A stretch of 64,000 nt of DNA from the NCBI RefSeq assembly GCF_006345805.1, contig NC_043000.1, forward strand, positions 109,306,001 through 109,370,000. Reading direction: 5' to 3'. Numbering within the stretch: the stretch's first letter is position 1; each line of letters begins with the position of its first letter. Under the pieces are notes generated by a model. It did not search any database and was not told the DNA's origin. It was given only the letters and a program-made list of their open reading frames with translations. The stretch comes from Octopus sinensis. Its lineage: Eukaryota. Positions 41,241 through 56,103 of the stretch are shown piece by piece. The position numbers and the translations under genes were made by a program.

Positions 41241-42121
41241 TATGGAATTGGTCACATTTGACACAAGCATTTGTTTAATTTTTCGTCTCAAATCTTCGTC
41301 GTCAATGAGTTATTAATTTGTTTTGGTAAGCAGAATGGAGTGGTGGGGGGGGGCGATTCTACGACTCTGTTCTCCTTCGTCAATTATTTGTCACTTTGTC
41401 TCAATGTAAGATATTATTATGATTATCAGAGCAGCAGAGAGCAGTAATACCGGACTAAACGCATTGCCATATTATGTTTCTTCTGGCTACGTCCTAAGTT
41501 CAAATTCACTGCCGGAAACTTCACATTTCTTCTCCATAGGGCCGATAAATTAAACACTGGTATTGATTTAATCCACTGTATATACTTCCCTTAACATGTA
41601 TTACAATCACTGTCTTCACCACTACCAACACCACCAACACCACCACAACCACAACCATCATCATCATCATCATCATACTCAACAACAGTTGTATGCTATA
41701 TATATATATATATAAGAAAATTGACCAAAGTAACAATAAGCTAACAGCACATATATCGAACTCAAATTAAATTTAATGTCAGTAAATATGAGAACCAAAC
41801 TCAGACAACTTCAACTTCAGCAATCACAGCATCATCATAATCATCAACAACAACAACAACAACAGCAGCAGCAGTAGCAGCAACAACAGCAGCAGCAGCA
41901 GTACTGCAACCAATAATGAGGTGGACACACAGACAGCAAAAATAAACAACAAAAGAAGGATTCACGACTAAGAATTAGTCTGGAAGAGTTCTAAAATCAA
42001 ACCAAATCCACCAAACTAGAAAGAGAAACGTGACGAAGTTGAAAAATACATATCGGGATGTATGTATGTATGTATATATGTATGAACGTATGTACGCATG
42101 TATGTATGTTTGTATATATGT

Positions 42122-42530
42122 ATACTCTTTTACACTTTTACTTGTTTCAGTCATTTGACTGCGGCCATGCTGGAGCACCGCTTTTAGTCGAGCAAATCGC
42201 CCCGGGACTTATTCTTTGTAAGCCCAGTACTTATTCTATCGATCTCTTTTGCCGAACCGCTAAGTGACGGGGACGTAAACACACCAGCATCGGTTGTCAA
42301 GCAATGCTAGGGGGACAAACACAGACACACAAACATATACACACACACTTATATATATATATACATATATACGACAGGCTTCTTTCAGTTTCCGTCTACC
42401 AAATCCACTCACAAGGCATTGGTCGGCCCGGGGCTATAGCAGAAGACACTTGCCCAAGATGCCACGCAGTGGGACTGAACCCGGAACCATGTGGTTGGTT
42501 AGCAAGCTACTTACCACACAGCCACTCCAC
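42122..42530 (-). mobile_element. tRNA-type SINE family A, full length
   Basis: Head ggagtggctgtgtggtaagtagcttgc, B-box gggttcagtccc, internal microsatellite and tail gcatggccgcagtcaaatgactgaaacaagtaaaa. Near-identical to 62545-62943. Confidence 0.85.
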
Positions 42531-42851
42531 GCATGTGTGTATGAACGTATGTATGTAATATTTTGCTGTTGATGGTCTGAACAGACGGTTTTCTGTGCAC
42601 AATGTTAGTCGACATGATACTGCATGGAGACTATTATGTAATAGATGAGGTAAAAGCTTGGAATCAAAAACTTCACTAAAATATCGTTTTTGCAACCTCA
42701 CCTCTATCATGTATGATTGTTCGTTTGTGTGTGTGTGTGGTTATGTGAGTGCTCTATGAACTGACCTCAGTACAACATTAGACTAACTGAATATAAGAGG
42801 CATAATTATGAAAGGTAAAAATAATTTTAGTGTGAAATCATAAATGATTTT

Positions 42852-42919
<68 letters not shown>

Positions 42920-42929
<10 letters not shown>

Positions 42930-43054
42930 TAAGGGTAGAAATTGATATTTATCAATTAGGACCAGTGGTCTAGCATATTAAAAAAGAATCCGAAGATTAA
43001 AATATTTATATATACCAATTAAGGACTGAACACGAAAGTGTTCAGTCCTTAATT

Positions 43055-43102
<48 letters not shown>

Positions 43103-43200
43103 TCTCTCCTGTGTCCTTTTCTGTAGAAGAACGTAGGCTCGAAACGTAAAAGACTTTTTCAATTCCTGAACGTTATACTAATACATCTGATTGTTTTGTA
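42920..43200. mobile_element. Penelope-like terminal-repeat fragments in (TA)n, including a perfect hairpin
   Basis: 43115-43200 matches the minus-strand segment at about 22265-22345 (gaagagcgtaggctcgaaac...ctaatacatctg). There is a 27-bp perfect stem at 43007-43064. Confidence 0.5.
43113..43153 (+). ncRNA. Degenerate hammerhead-like motif (PLE terminal fragment)
   Basis: gtcctttt-CTGTAGA-a-gaac-gtag-gctc-GAAA-cgta-aaagac. Same family as the 22305 copy. Confidence 0.4.
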
Positions 43201-43326
43201 CAGTTAGTCTGTATTAATTTCAGTTATATATGTTTGTATGCACGCGTCTTTGCATGTGTGTGTATGAGTATCCTAGTATGTGTAAGTAGATGTTTGTATA
43301 GATTTATAAAAGAGGGAGTAAAGGGG

Positions 43327-43357
<31 letters not shown>

Positions 43358-44740
43358 CGAGAGATGAGAAGAAAAGAAAGAATGAAAGATTGAGAGAATT
43401 ATAAGTGTGATAGTGTCAGCACACAAGAAGCAGAAAAACCAAATTTCTAAATTATGTTTTACTAATTTCAAAAATAGAACAAAAACAGTATTAAAAAAAA
43501 ATAGAGAGAAATTCATACTCGAAAAAGAAAACAGAAATAAAACAATCGTTAATTATAAATGAAAGGCTTTGAGGAGAGGCAACCATTAATAGAAAACAGC
43601 TAAAAACTAATTGAATACCAATAAACTGTTTAAGAGACCAAATTTTTCATAAAGTTTAATAATATTGGTAATCGATAATATTGGTAATAATTTCGAACAA
43701 AAAACCCTGTAGAACAGAAACTACCAATAACAACAACAATGAAACAATAGCCAAAGATGTGTCCATTTTATCTGCTTGAAATAGTGTCCAGTTTTACCTC
43801 TGATAGAAATCTTGAGAACTTGACGACCCTCCCTCTGAGATAGTCGTTGTAGTCGGAGAAAATGGATTGATGGACGGATGGAATAGTCATGGTTGGAAAT
43901 ATCTGCTTGACAAGAACTGAAATGGCTAAACAACAACACCAACAACACAAGCCACTCTATAAACGAATGAGCACAGTATGATGTGTCAAGCTTCCAACTT
44001 AGCACGAAGCGTACATCAACTGGTACAAACTGATGGAGTGCAAGACTGTCTCTTATTATTGTTTAATCATAAGGTTGACGCTCATGACCCCTTTCAGGGC
44101 TTCCCACAATGGCGGACTAAATAGAGGAAGGTGTTTTGAAACAAGACACCAAATACGAATGCTTCTAATGAAAGAGACTCCGCTAAATACTCCCAAAGAC
44201 CAGTGAATGTTTTGAACCATATGACGGATTTTTTACTCTACTACCCCACTTCAAACCACTTCGATGAGTAGCTTCTCAAACAGCCATTACTCACCGCTCC
44301 CAAGCTTCGTCTCATCGCCCTTTTCTAGACCAGATAAATCCTTCTTCCTTAGATCTGCAGATCTCTATAAACATCTGGCATGTCCATATTTACAAACACT
44401 AGCAGAATTTCATATTAACACTCAGTTGCCCAGTCCCAACACACACACACGTATGTTTGTATATATATATATATATATATATATTTCCTATCACAAGCAA
44501 CACCTGATCTGCGAAAAATATCCAAACCATTTTCAAACCACACTATTGTCTTACAAAATTATAAAAAGGAAATGACTCGGTGCATATTGTGGTTTTAAAT
44601 ACACTATGCCTGAAAAAAATATAAAAGCTCGATCAATCAGGACCAAACAGTACAGAAACGGAAAGAAAACCATTTATACGAGGTACGAACCCAAGTCTAT
44701 TTCTTTTGTCCTGTCTGATGTGTGTGTATATGTATGTATG

Positions 44741-44774
<34 letters not shown>

Positions 44775-45295
44775 TGTATGTATGTATGTATGTATGTATG
44801 TATGTATGTATTAATTAGAGCAGAATCTAATAATTTTGAGGGAGGGGATTTAGTCGAAAACATCAATCCTCAATACTTGATTGGTACTCAACAAAGTAGT
44901 CTACTTCAGCAGGGTTTGAACTCAGAGCATAAAGAGCCACAAGAAATACTGCACCGCATTTCGTTTGACTCATTAACGATTTTACTATACACTGTATAAA
45001 CAAGTAAAATGTTATTTTTTACTTGTTCCAGTAATTAGACTGTAGCCATACCCGGGTACCGCCTGGAAGGAATCGGCCCCAGTACCTTTTTCTTCCATAA
45101 GGCTTGGTACTTATAGTAACGGTCTATTTTGCTGAACTACTAAGTTGCCGTGACGCAAACATACCAGCACCGCTTGTCGAGCAGTGACGGGAGACAAACA
45201 CAAAGGCACACACACATCATATATACATTTGTATGTAGATAGATAGATGGATAGATAAACACATACACAGGCATATACATGTATACATATAGAGC

Positions 45296-45329
<34 letters not shown>

Positions 45330-46864
45330 TCCTTCTACTATATAGGAACAATGGCAGAAATATTTTGTTGGGAGTGAAGGCTAATCGATTACAGTGTTTG
45401 GTTATTATTTTATCGATCCCGGTAGGATGAAAGGCAAGGTCTACTTCTGCAAGATTTCAGCTTAGCAGAAGTGTGTAAGTGAATACAGTTCCGAGCAGAG
45501 ACCTGAATCAGCATTATTCTGCATCCTGGGTCCACAGTCCTCGGACTCTGCTAAGTATATTCTCTCGATACTTATGAAATCCGTATTATGGAGGGCAAAT
45601 CTTCCATTTCTCTTTCTATGTCTGTATGCAGCCATGTCTTATAACGATCACAACAAAAACAACAACATCACCATCAACAATAACAAAAACACCAGTTACA
45701 AATCAAATGGAGGATGCTCTTTCATCTTTTATTTGTTTCTGTCATTAGGATTCAGAGATGATGGCTCAGGAATTTTTCTGAGTTCTTATAGAATCAAGGA
45801 AGGAAATAAGCTTAAATTTTATATATTGAAGAAAGAGAATAACGATAAAATCTCTCTCGTTTGGGAAATTCTTGCGTAAAGGTGATGTGGTACATATATG
45901 GATTGTTGAGCCGGTAGAGTTGTTAGAAGGTCGGACACAATGCGTAACTGCTGGTCTTTCAGCTTTACGTTCTGAGTTCAAATGTCGCCCAAATCGACTT
46001 TGCCTTTCATCTTTTCCAGGTCGATAAAACAAGTCGCAGTCAAGTCCTGGGGTCAAATGCCTAGACTAAATTCCAGGTCTTGTGCCTTCAGTAGAAAGAG
46101 ATATTTAGCCACGCAACAATCTTCTTAATTGAACTAAACTATGATCAAAACCAATACCGCCGTGACCATCCCGACAAAATACGAATATCAAAGAGTGCGT
46201 AATTCAGTGCTCCATATTTTTTCTTTCCTTTATGACGGTGGCAATTGATTGGAGGGAGATTTAGCTGTTGTATCATTTTTATATATCATTACTTTTCATT
46301 ATACCCAAACCATACTGATTGTAAAAGAGACGGCCAATAAACTTCCGATCTCCTCCCCAATCTGTAAATAAGTTCTATCGATGGATATTGATCACTATTA
46401 ATAAACCCTGATGCAATCTAATAAATATAAATGCATTTTCATAGCTTTTAGGTTTTATGTGCAATACAATGTCTCTGGCCGTTGCTGGAAATTAATCTCC
46501 CTACTATCATTCATATTTCAGTACGGACATTAATTATATCTTATTTTAATGAAATAATGTGTATATCAGGTGTGCATTACAAACAAATCGTTAAGCAATC
46601 CGTATAGATTTTTGTATTTGAGCAATTTTTGTAACGTTGATGTTAACACTGATTTCGCTTAATGGATATCTGAGTCATGAAATCATAATGGCAGCATTTA
46701 TGGAAGAGAAAAAGCAAAGGCTGCAAATGTTCTCATGTCTAACTTCTGCGTCTGTGTTTATGAGATTGTACGTGAGCATAGACTCTATCTAAAGGCCAAT
46801 GTTGAAGCGTTCAGATTAGTACTACTTGTGACACCAGTTATGGGCTTAAACGATATATGTCCAT

Positions 46865-46909
<45 letters not shown>

Positions 46910-46927
46910 CACACACATACTTATATC

Positions 46928-46977
<50 letters not shown>

Positions 46978-47248
46978 CATGCATGTGTGTGTATATAAAT
47001 CATGACTACCTCCTTATTCTTAATATATGTTCATATATTATGTGTGTGTATGAGTGGGCACGTGTGCATTTGTGTGCATTTATTGATAAACGCATATGTC
47101 TGTGTATGTTTAGGCCATTCTTTAATAATAATAAACCTCGGAAAATATCTTGGAGTTGTCCTTGTCAGACAAAGGATTTGATCTGAGACTGTATGTCGCT
47201 AGTGAAACAATTACTGCATTGGTAGACACGGATCAGCTATTCAAAAAC

Positions 47249-47433
47249 TGTTAACTTCATTTAAACATAAATTATTTGGGGTCAAAATATGTGTGGCAAA
47301 CACTGTGACCTCGTCACTAACACACTTGTAGTAGAACTCAAGTTGGACGAGTGAACTCTTTTTAGGGAGCAGGTCACAGTGGGTGCGACGCAAATTTTGA
47401 CACAAAATAATGAATTTTTAAGTGAAGTTAACA
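47249..47433. repeat. Imperfect inverted repeat with about 70-bp arms (MITE remnant)
   Basis: tgttaacttcatttaaa...gtcaaaatatgtgtggcaaacactgtgacct pairs with aggtcacagtgggtgcgacgcaaattttgac...ttaagtgaagttaaca. Confidence 0.65.
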
Positions 47434-48352
47434 TTTTTGGGGGTGCTTAGGATTTATTATAAAACGAGAAATTCACAAAGAAATCAAGATATGAAAATAT
47501 ATTCGCATCTAAGCAAACCAGACGGAAGAATTTACCAAACCAACAAGGAATATGGTATTCAGAAATAGAGGTAATAAAAAAAAATTAAATTAAAGTTTAC
47601 AGCAGATGGAAGAATACTTTTTTTTCTCAAAAGATATAAACCACAAACTTAAGCAATTCCACACAATAGCAAGCAAACCAAAGATGATTTTAAAAGAAAA
47701 GAAAAAAAAACTTAAAAGTTAAAGAAAAAAAGGAAAATTATAAAACACCCATAAAAAAACTGATTTGACACAAAAAAATTCCACAAGCAATGATATGCGA
47801 ACCCGAACCCGCTGAATATTTTGGTAGCGCTGGCTTATAAATGACAGTAGTAGTAGAGTAGTAGTTGCATCATGTGATGGGCTCATCATCAGTATCAGCA
47901 TCATCATCGCCATCATATGCAAGAGTTGAAACGAATATTTGTTTCTTGTTGAGCGTTTTATTTTAAAACAGCTGCTGTGACGTAATATTCGACTGTCAGC
48001 GGCACCTAGCGGCTATGGGAGGAAACAAGAAGAAAGGGGAATAATAATAATAATAGTAATGTCTATGCCTGAATATATTTATTTTGTTTTGTTTTATTTT
48101 CGGTCGAAAAGGAAAAATAAACAATACTTCTTGCATAAACAATATTTCTTCATACGCTGATAATTATAATGATGATAACGAATAATAATAATAATCATAA
48201 AAATAATAATAATGATGATATTAATATCAATATTAATAATGAAAGTAATTAATGATGGTAAATGATTGGAATGAAAAATAGAGATAAAGAGGATAGATGA
48301 AAAACGTTTTGTTGAAGTCTTCAAGTCAAATTCAATTTGAATGTTTTATTCT

Positions 48353-48431
<79 letters not shown>

Positions 48432-50115
48432 ATACTGATGGCTTAGGGGAATGGTTGGGACGTTTATTTGTAATCATGAGATCCTGAATTCTATCGCCCT
48501 ACGTGGCATTTGGGGGGCAAATGTCTGTTGCCATAGCGTTGATTCATCCCAAGATCGGGCTTGAAATTCGGGTGGACTGAAACTGTGAAAGTTCGTTCGG
48601 TGGCGGAATGAGACGATTTGGCGTTACTACTTGGGCGCTGGTGATTTGGCACGGCTAAAAGGATATTCAGCCTGATTCGATGACAGAACGCCGTATGCGC
48701 AGAAATGTACGCATAGAGATAAACAGAGTGAGAGAGGGAGAGAGAGAGAGAGAGAAAAAAAAAGAGAGAGGGGGAGAGAAGGACGGGGGAGACATTATAG
48801 GAATTGAACACAATATCCATAAAACTTTTCCTTTCCTCATACCCATAACCACGGAGAGGGGGCGCGGGAAGAGAGAGAAAGTGGAGAGAGGGAACGAGAA
48901 AAACATTAAAATGAGTTATGTCAAATAAGCCAGCATCGAAGCAGCGACGCCAATACGGCTGCGCCAAAACATCTCATACCCGTTGGATAGATCGAACTTG
49001 CAATAAAAAGGTCATGCCCTGTGTCACGTTGACTCGTGAATCAGCATTTAAGGTCCACATGTCTTTGGAATACTCAGCCATTTATATGTTATTTTGATTG
49101 ATCGAACAACTGTATATTCATGTCAACACCATTTAATCAATTTCATTTACATGTCAACGTATCTGCGCTTCTGGCACTTAATACGTTGCCTCCTTTCACA
49201 CAAGTCCCGACCTTTAGGAGCCCTTTATAGAGGACTTTGCTCCGTTGCAAAGATTAAGGCACGTATATGATCTGCAATCGAGTTTTATGAGAAGCCAGTC
49301 CGTCTTTCGGGACCAAAAGAAATCTTGTTCATTCTGAAAAAATTTCTATCAGAGGATCTGCTTACAAGAACAAGTAAAAAAAAATACAATAACAAGTAAA
49401 TGCTAACTTTCTCTCTCTCTCTCTCTCTCTCTCCCCTCCCTCTCTCTCCCTCTCCTCCCTATCTGTCTATCTAGCTATTGCATTGTGTTGTAGTCTATTC
49501 CATTTATTTGTCCCCCTGTTTCTGTCTCTATCAATCTCCTCACACCCTCACCCACGCACATAGACCTATACAGTGAGCTATTACAGACCAATTGATACAC
49601 ATTTAGCGGAGATTTGGCAGAATCGATAGAGCGTCGGGCAAAATGCCTTGCGGTGTTTGTCGACATGTGATCGTCAAGAGAATGTCTTATAGAAAATATC
49701 CGATGGTAGACAACGAGTAACTACCAAAGTATTCTCCTTCGAAAATTCTGACCGGCGCGGCTCGTTCGGGCCTTTCCGTAGCGAAACGGCCCGAGGAAAC
49801 AACCAAAGGAAATCAAGATCACAATCACTTAGTATGAAAATAATTGTTTCTAATTTAAGCCCAAGGCTGAGAATTACGAGGGGAAGGGTGGGGTTAGTTG
49901 ATTATGTTGACATCAAACTTCAGTGGGACTTTATTTTGTCGACTTGGAGAGGATGAATGTCAGAAGTGACCAATGACCAGAATTTGAAGGACGTTCAGTA
50001 TTACATGAAGCGTGATAAAATGAGATCGTGGTGTCATGAAACAATACACATATACGTACTCACACACACAGAACGCATACATACACACACACACACACGC
50101 GCACACTCAAACACA

Positions 50116-50164
<49 letters not shown>

Positions 50165-50443
50165 CGCACTCTACCACTATGTTCTGTGATACATCCAACG
50201 TTGTCTGTTTTTCTATATATGAACTGTCGTGAATCCAACACGGAAGGATGCAAATATATTCAGTTTTACATCTTAGATATGCTAGAGAGCATAAAGATAT
50301 GCTCATGCACAGGCATGGCTGTGTGGTAAGAAGTTTGCTTTCCAACCACATGATTGTGGGTTCATCCCGCTGCAAGCATCTTTGGCTACAGCCAAGGGCC
50401 GACCAAAGTTGTGTGGGTGGATTTGGTGGATGGAAACTGAAAG

Positions 50444-50480
<37 letters not shown>

Positions 50481-51419
50481 ATCAATATGTGTGTGAGTGT
50501 TCGTGTTTGTGTTGGTCATCCGCTTGACAACCCGAGTTGGTTGGTTTGCTTTCCCGTAAATAAACGGTTTGGCGAAAGACAACGATAAGTACCAGTGTTA
50601 AAAAAAAACTCCTGCGGTCGATTCGTTCGACCAAAGCCCTTCAACGCCGCGCTCCAGAATGGTTAACATCGAAGAGAATGCACAGGGCTCAGGAATTCCC
50701 TCTCACTTTCTGCCTTTTAGTTTCTATGCTATGTTGGTTTCAAATTTTGGTACAAGGCCAGCAATTGTGGAGAAAGTGCAAGTCGTTTATCTCGACGCCA
50801 CCAATGCTCAACCGGTTCTTTTTTTATCGACCCTGAAACGATGAAAGATAAAGTCGACTCCGACAGTATTTGAACCTAGAACCTAAAGACGGAAAAAATA
50901 CTGTGTGTATATGCGTGTTTGTTGGCTTACATATAAGAGAGAGAGAGAGGGGGAAGAGAGAGAATATACACATACATCTGTATATATACATGCATATACG
51001 TGATAAGAATCGAAGAAAATTGAGACCAAGACAAGGGCCCAGTATAATGGCAATATCGTTGTTTTCTTTTCAGTTCTTCGACCAAATCTATCTTAAACAA
51101 ACACATAGACTATGCACAGAATTAAGATAAATTCATATCAGATAGATTGAAAGATTATCCAGTCGCATGCAGTCGGTGAGATTGGTGGCTTTTGCTAAAA
51201 CTTGTCAAAACATAAATAAATGTTTCAAATACAAATAGAAATGGATAAATATATAAATTGAAATAAAATAAGTGGCGAAGGGAACTATAAAACGGAGATA
51301 AAAACAGGGTACGGCTTCTATAGAGTCTTTCTTTACTACAGTTTCATTCGAGGTACTTCACTGCAATATAACAGATATTTACATAGTTGTAAAAATAAAT
51401 ATTATTGCGTGTGTGCGTG

Positions 51420-51455
51420 TACATATACAGTATATACATACATACATGCACACAC

Positions 51456-51489
<34 letters not shown>

Positions 51490-51515
51490 ATATGTGTGTA
51501 TATACATATAGATAC

Positions 51516-51554
<39 letters not shown>

Positions 51555-51569
51555 AGTATATATACATAC

Positions 51570-51654
<85 letters not shown>

Positions 51655-51658
51655 CATA

Positions 51659-51702
<44 letters not shown>

Positions 51703-51713
51703 TACATATACAC

Positions 51714-51754
<41 letters not shown>

Positions 51755-51757
51755 CAC

Positions 51758-51808
<51 letters not shown>
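51420..51808. repeat. Long (TA)n tract
   Basis: Seen directly in the sequence. Confidence 0.95.
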
Positions 51809-51811
<3 letters not shown>

Positions 51812-52480
51812 AGTAGAGTTAGAGGTTGGAATAACCGTTTAGGGGATAAAAATATCCATTATATTACCGGTATAATTATCTATGTTTAACCCTGAGTATA
51901 CATATGCAAGCATATTATGCTCATAGGTTACAGGTAATGAGAAAGATAAACATGAGTTTATCAGAGATCAAATTTAAAGTAAACAGAAAATGGAGAATTA
52001 TTGATCAACAACAATTGACTTACATCAATTATTATTTTTTAATTCAATACAAATAGACTGCATCCCATCTAACAGCTGTTTCTGCTTCCAATCTTATATG
52101 GTATTACCATGGATATGCTAAAACAAATAATATTCATCATATTTGGTAATAAAACCGATCTGGAACATAGAGCTTCATCAGAGTGAAGAAAAATAGATGC
52201 GTCAAAGAAAAGAAGTGGAGCCGAGAGATTCACATAAGCAAAATGGTATGATTTAAACATGTTCAACCTCTTCTTTTTCCTCTCTAGGCTCTTCTTTTCT
52301 TTTACGTATGTATTTTTCTTCAGCTCCATGTTCCAGCTCGGATTTATTACCAAACGTAATGAATATTGTTTTTTTTAGCATATCAATGACAATACCATAT
52401 AAGATTGTCTTCTTTACAGAGGTTAGAAACCGAACCACTCTTTCGTTCAATATGTGTGTGTATGTGTATTTGTGTGAGTG

Positions 52481-52563
<83 letters not shown>

Positions 52564-53025
52564 TACTATCTTTTCTCTTTTACTTGTTTCAGTTATTGGG
52601 CTGCAGCCAAGCTGGAGCAGCGCCTTGAAAACTTCTACTCTCTCATAAATCTACCTTCTTTCAGGTTCCGTATAAAAAAAAAATCACCGACAAAGCTTTG
52701 GTCGGCTCGTAGCTACACTAGAAGACACTTGACCAAGAGTTCACGCTGGGTCTGAACCTGGGACCATAGAGTTGGGAAGCGTGCTTTTATGCTGTGCTAT
52801 AATGAAACCATGTTCACATTGAATTATAGGATTACGCCATCCTTTTTTGTAAAGTACATGAGTGATAGTGACTTTGAAGTTTCGGCCAGGTAGCCTTCGT
52901 TGACATTCCGGCAATTGCTAGCGTGCCAATACTTCGAAGTCACTGTAATACCCATCTTCTTGTAAGCGAAAAAGAAACATATACTATAAATAATATATAC
53001 GTACATGTACATATATATACATGTA

Positions 53026-53060
<35 letters not shown>

Positions 53061-53068
53061 GCGTGTGC

Positions 53069-53150
<82 letters not shown>

Positions 53151-53483
53151 ACGCACACACGTACATACACCTACATGTATACGGTTCACATATAACCAAG
53201 ACAAAGCGCACACAGCCAATCGATATCAGATTTGTAACTTGTTCGTATCCGTGTTTGGTCCATCTAAAACACTTTACTCTCTCTCGACATGATGAAATTC
53301 ACGCGGCTAAAAAAAGAAGCCATAATTTACTGTCGCAATCAGGAAAAAGCTCCAACAAAAACAACAACAACAGCAACATCATCACTCACAGACAGATGAG
53401 GATTTCATTGTTGTGCAATGCGGAATTCAATTGACTCCCACAGAAAAGAAGTATATATATATACACACACACACACATATATA

Positions 53484-53551
<68 letters not shown>

Positions 53552-53797
53552 TATATATTATATATATATATATACATATATATAGTACGTATGTACGTAT
53601 GTATACATGTATGTATAATTGTCATATAATAGGTGCAGATATGGGTGTGTTGGTAAAATGTTTGCTTTGCAACCACGAGCTTTCGAGATCAATCTCACTG
53701 CCTGATACCTTTGGCATTTGTCTTCTACTATAGTCCCAGGCCGACTAATGCCTTGTGAGTGAATTTGGTAGACGGAAACTGTTAGGAAACCTGATGT

Positions 53798-53845
<48 letters not shown>

Positions 53846-54940
53846 CCAGCTTGTTTTGGCGAGTGTACATTTTGGCGCTAGAAGCAAACACACACACACA
53901 AACAGGTGCGAGAGAGAGAGAGATAGAATGAGTGAAAGAGAGTGAGAGAGGTTACATAAACATACGTAGATATTCGTACATAGAAATGGAGAGGGTCATA
54001 ACACACACACACTGATAGAAAAATACAGAGAGAGATAGACAGACAGAAAGATAAAGTGAACGGGCGAAATAGTAAAACGTCAGAGTCGTATCATCGGCAT
54101 CAAATAGGTGACGCCAAAAGAGCAGAGCCAAAGCGTCTCCTACCCTCCACTTACGCCTGACTGCCTTTGAGTTTAAACTCAATTCAAATGTGATGTATTT
54201 ATGCGAACCGAATTATCATCGCTTCTTACTTTGCTTATGAAACTCATTAAGTGTAAGCGGATCATAAGACTGTATTCTAATTTAGACATTCATCGTTATC
54301 ATCATTATCATCCCCAACAACAACAACAACTTCTGGACACTAATACCTCGACCCCCAGGATTCATAGGGCTGCTACCCGTTTTCCATAGCGTACAAGTGA
54401 CCAAGGTCGCAACACCTCCCCCCCCCCCAGAACTGGACGTCGGTCGATCGCAGGGGGACTTGTTTACAGCTTAGTGGACTGGAACAACAGGAATTGAAAT
54501 GTTTTGCACAAGAACACAATGTACCGCCAAGTCCGGGTATCGAAACCACGGTCTTGCGATCGTCAGCGTAATATTTTAACCACTAGGCTACACACCTTCA
54601 CTAAATCTATAAGCACACTAGAAAGAAATCTTCGTTATTTACGATTTGTTTACCGCACCGAATAATATAATGTTGTTGAACCATGGGAAATTCGTGAAGT
54701 ATTTCACCAGTTTGCATCGGCCAAGTACAATATATGGAAGCCTGTTGGCCTCAAATTACCATTCCCAAACAATGGTTGACTGATTCTATTAGAGGCGGAA
54801 TGAACGCACTGTCTTGCAAATATATTAAGTCTGACTACACACACACACTCAAATATTCTTATATCATTTATATACATGTAATTACAGTATAAGTCTGTAT
54901 GTATATGAATATGTATACATTATCGCTCATTGCATGTGCG

Positions 54941-54981
<41 letters not shown>

Positions 54982-55759
54982 CTGTGTGATTATCGTTCAG
55001 TATTATTGTTCTTTAATAACTGATAACGAGGAGGGAAAATTTGAAGAGATTTCATTCTCTTATCACAATTTTGATTCTGATTAGCAAAATACTGTAAACT
55101 CAGACTTCTTAAACCGTTATACTCCTTACTAAGAAAATCCACGTTCGGTGTCTCGGTATCGCCGATACAAATGGACATGATGATTCGATTATTGATACCG
55201 ATATATGATTGATATGTTGGGGGCATAAACAATGAAGAGTGTTCCTATTCAATGTTCCTTTATAATTGAGCTCAGATCAAATATAAATCAAAGAAACGGG
55301 AACGAATCTCTCTGAATGATGAGGGAGTTTAGCTTCGCTGATTGACAGGTGACGGTCCGAAGACACCTCCGAAATTGGGGAGGGGGCGCCACGTCAAAAC
55401 GGTAGAGGAGTAGGGGCCGAAACTGGACGTGGTTCCTCCTGATGATGTCTTGAGCTAACTGGATCCTATAAAGGAGCTGTTGCGGTACTAAACTACGAAA
55501 CACGGTTGAAATTCCACCCTCTGATGCTAAAAGGATAAGCGAAAGGACAAGCATCCCAGAAGCCGGTCCTAGATGACAACGCAGAGTGATTTCAAACATC
55601 GCCAACATATCTTGGAAGGACACAATTGATTACAGTTGATTACTGTCTACGAGGTTAACGATCAGAAAATACGGATTGTCCGGCGCTCTTTCGAAAGGTG
55701 CCAATAGACGCCTATCTTAAACTATTGCTGCTGCTACAACAACAACAACAACAACAACA

Positions 55760-55811
<52 letters not shown>

Positions 55812-56054
55812 ATAATAATAATAATAATATAATATAATAATAATAATAATAATAATAATTTGCGAGGAAGAGGATAGTCGATTACATCGACCCCAGTGTT
55901 TCACTGTTAGTTTCCCAAACCCGAAAGGGTGGAAGGCTGAGTCGACCTCGGCAAAATTTGAACTCGGAACGTGAAGACGGGCGAAATACCTCTAAACATT
56001 TTGCCCGGCGTCCTAACGATTTTCTCAGCTCGAAACTTTAACAACAACAACAAC

Positions 56055-56103
<49 letters not shown>

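Noticed and set aside
55288-55623. 111-aa ORF with nearby GAAAC and CTGATGA motifs
   Set aside because: No domain similarity, and I could not build convincing hammerhead stems.
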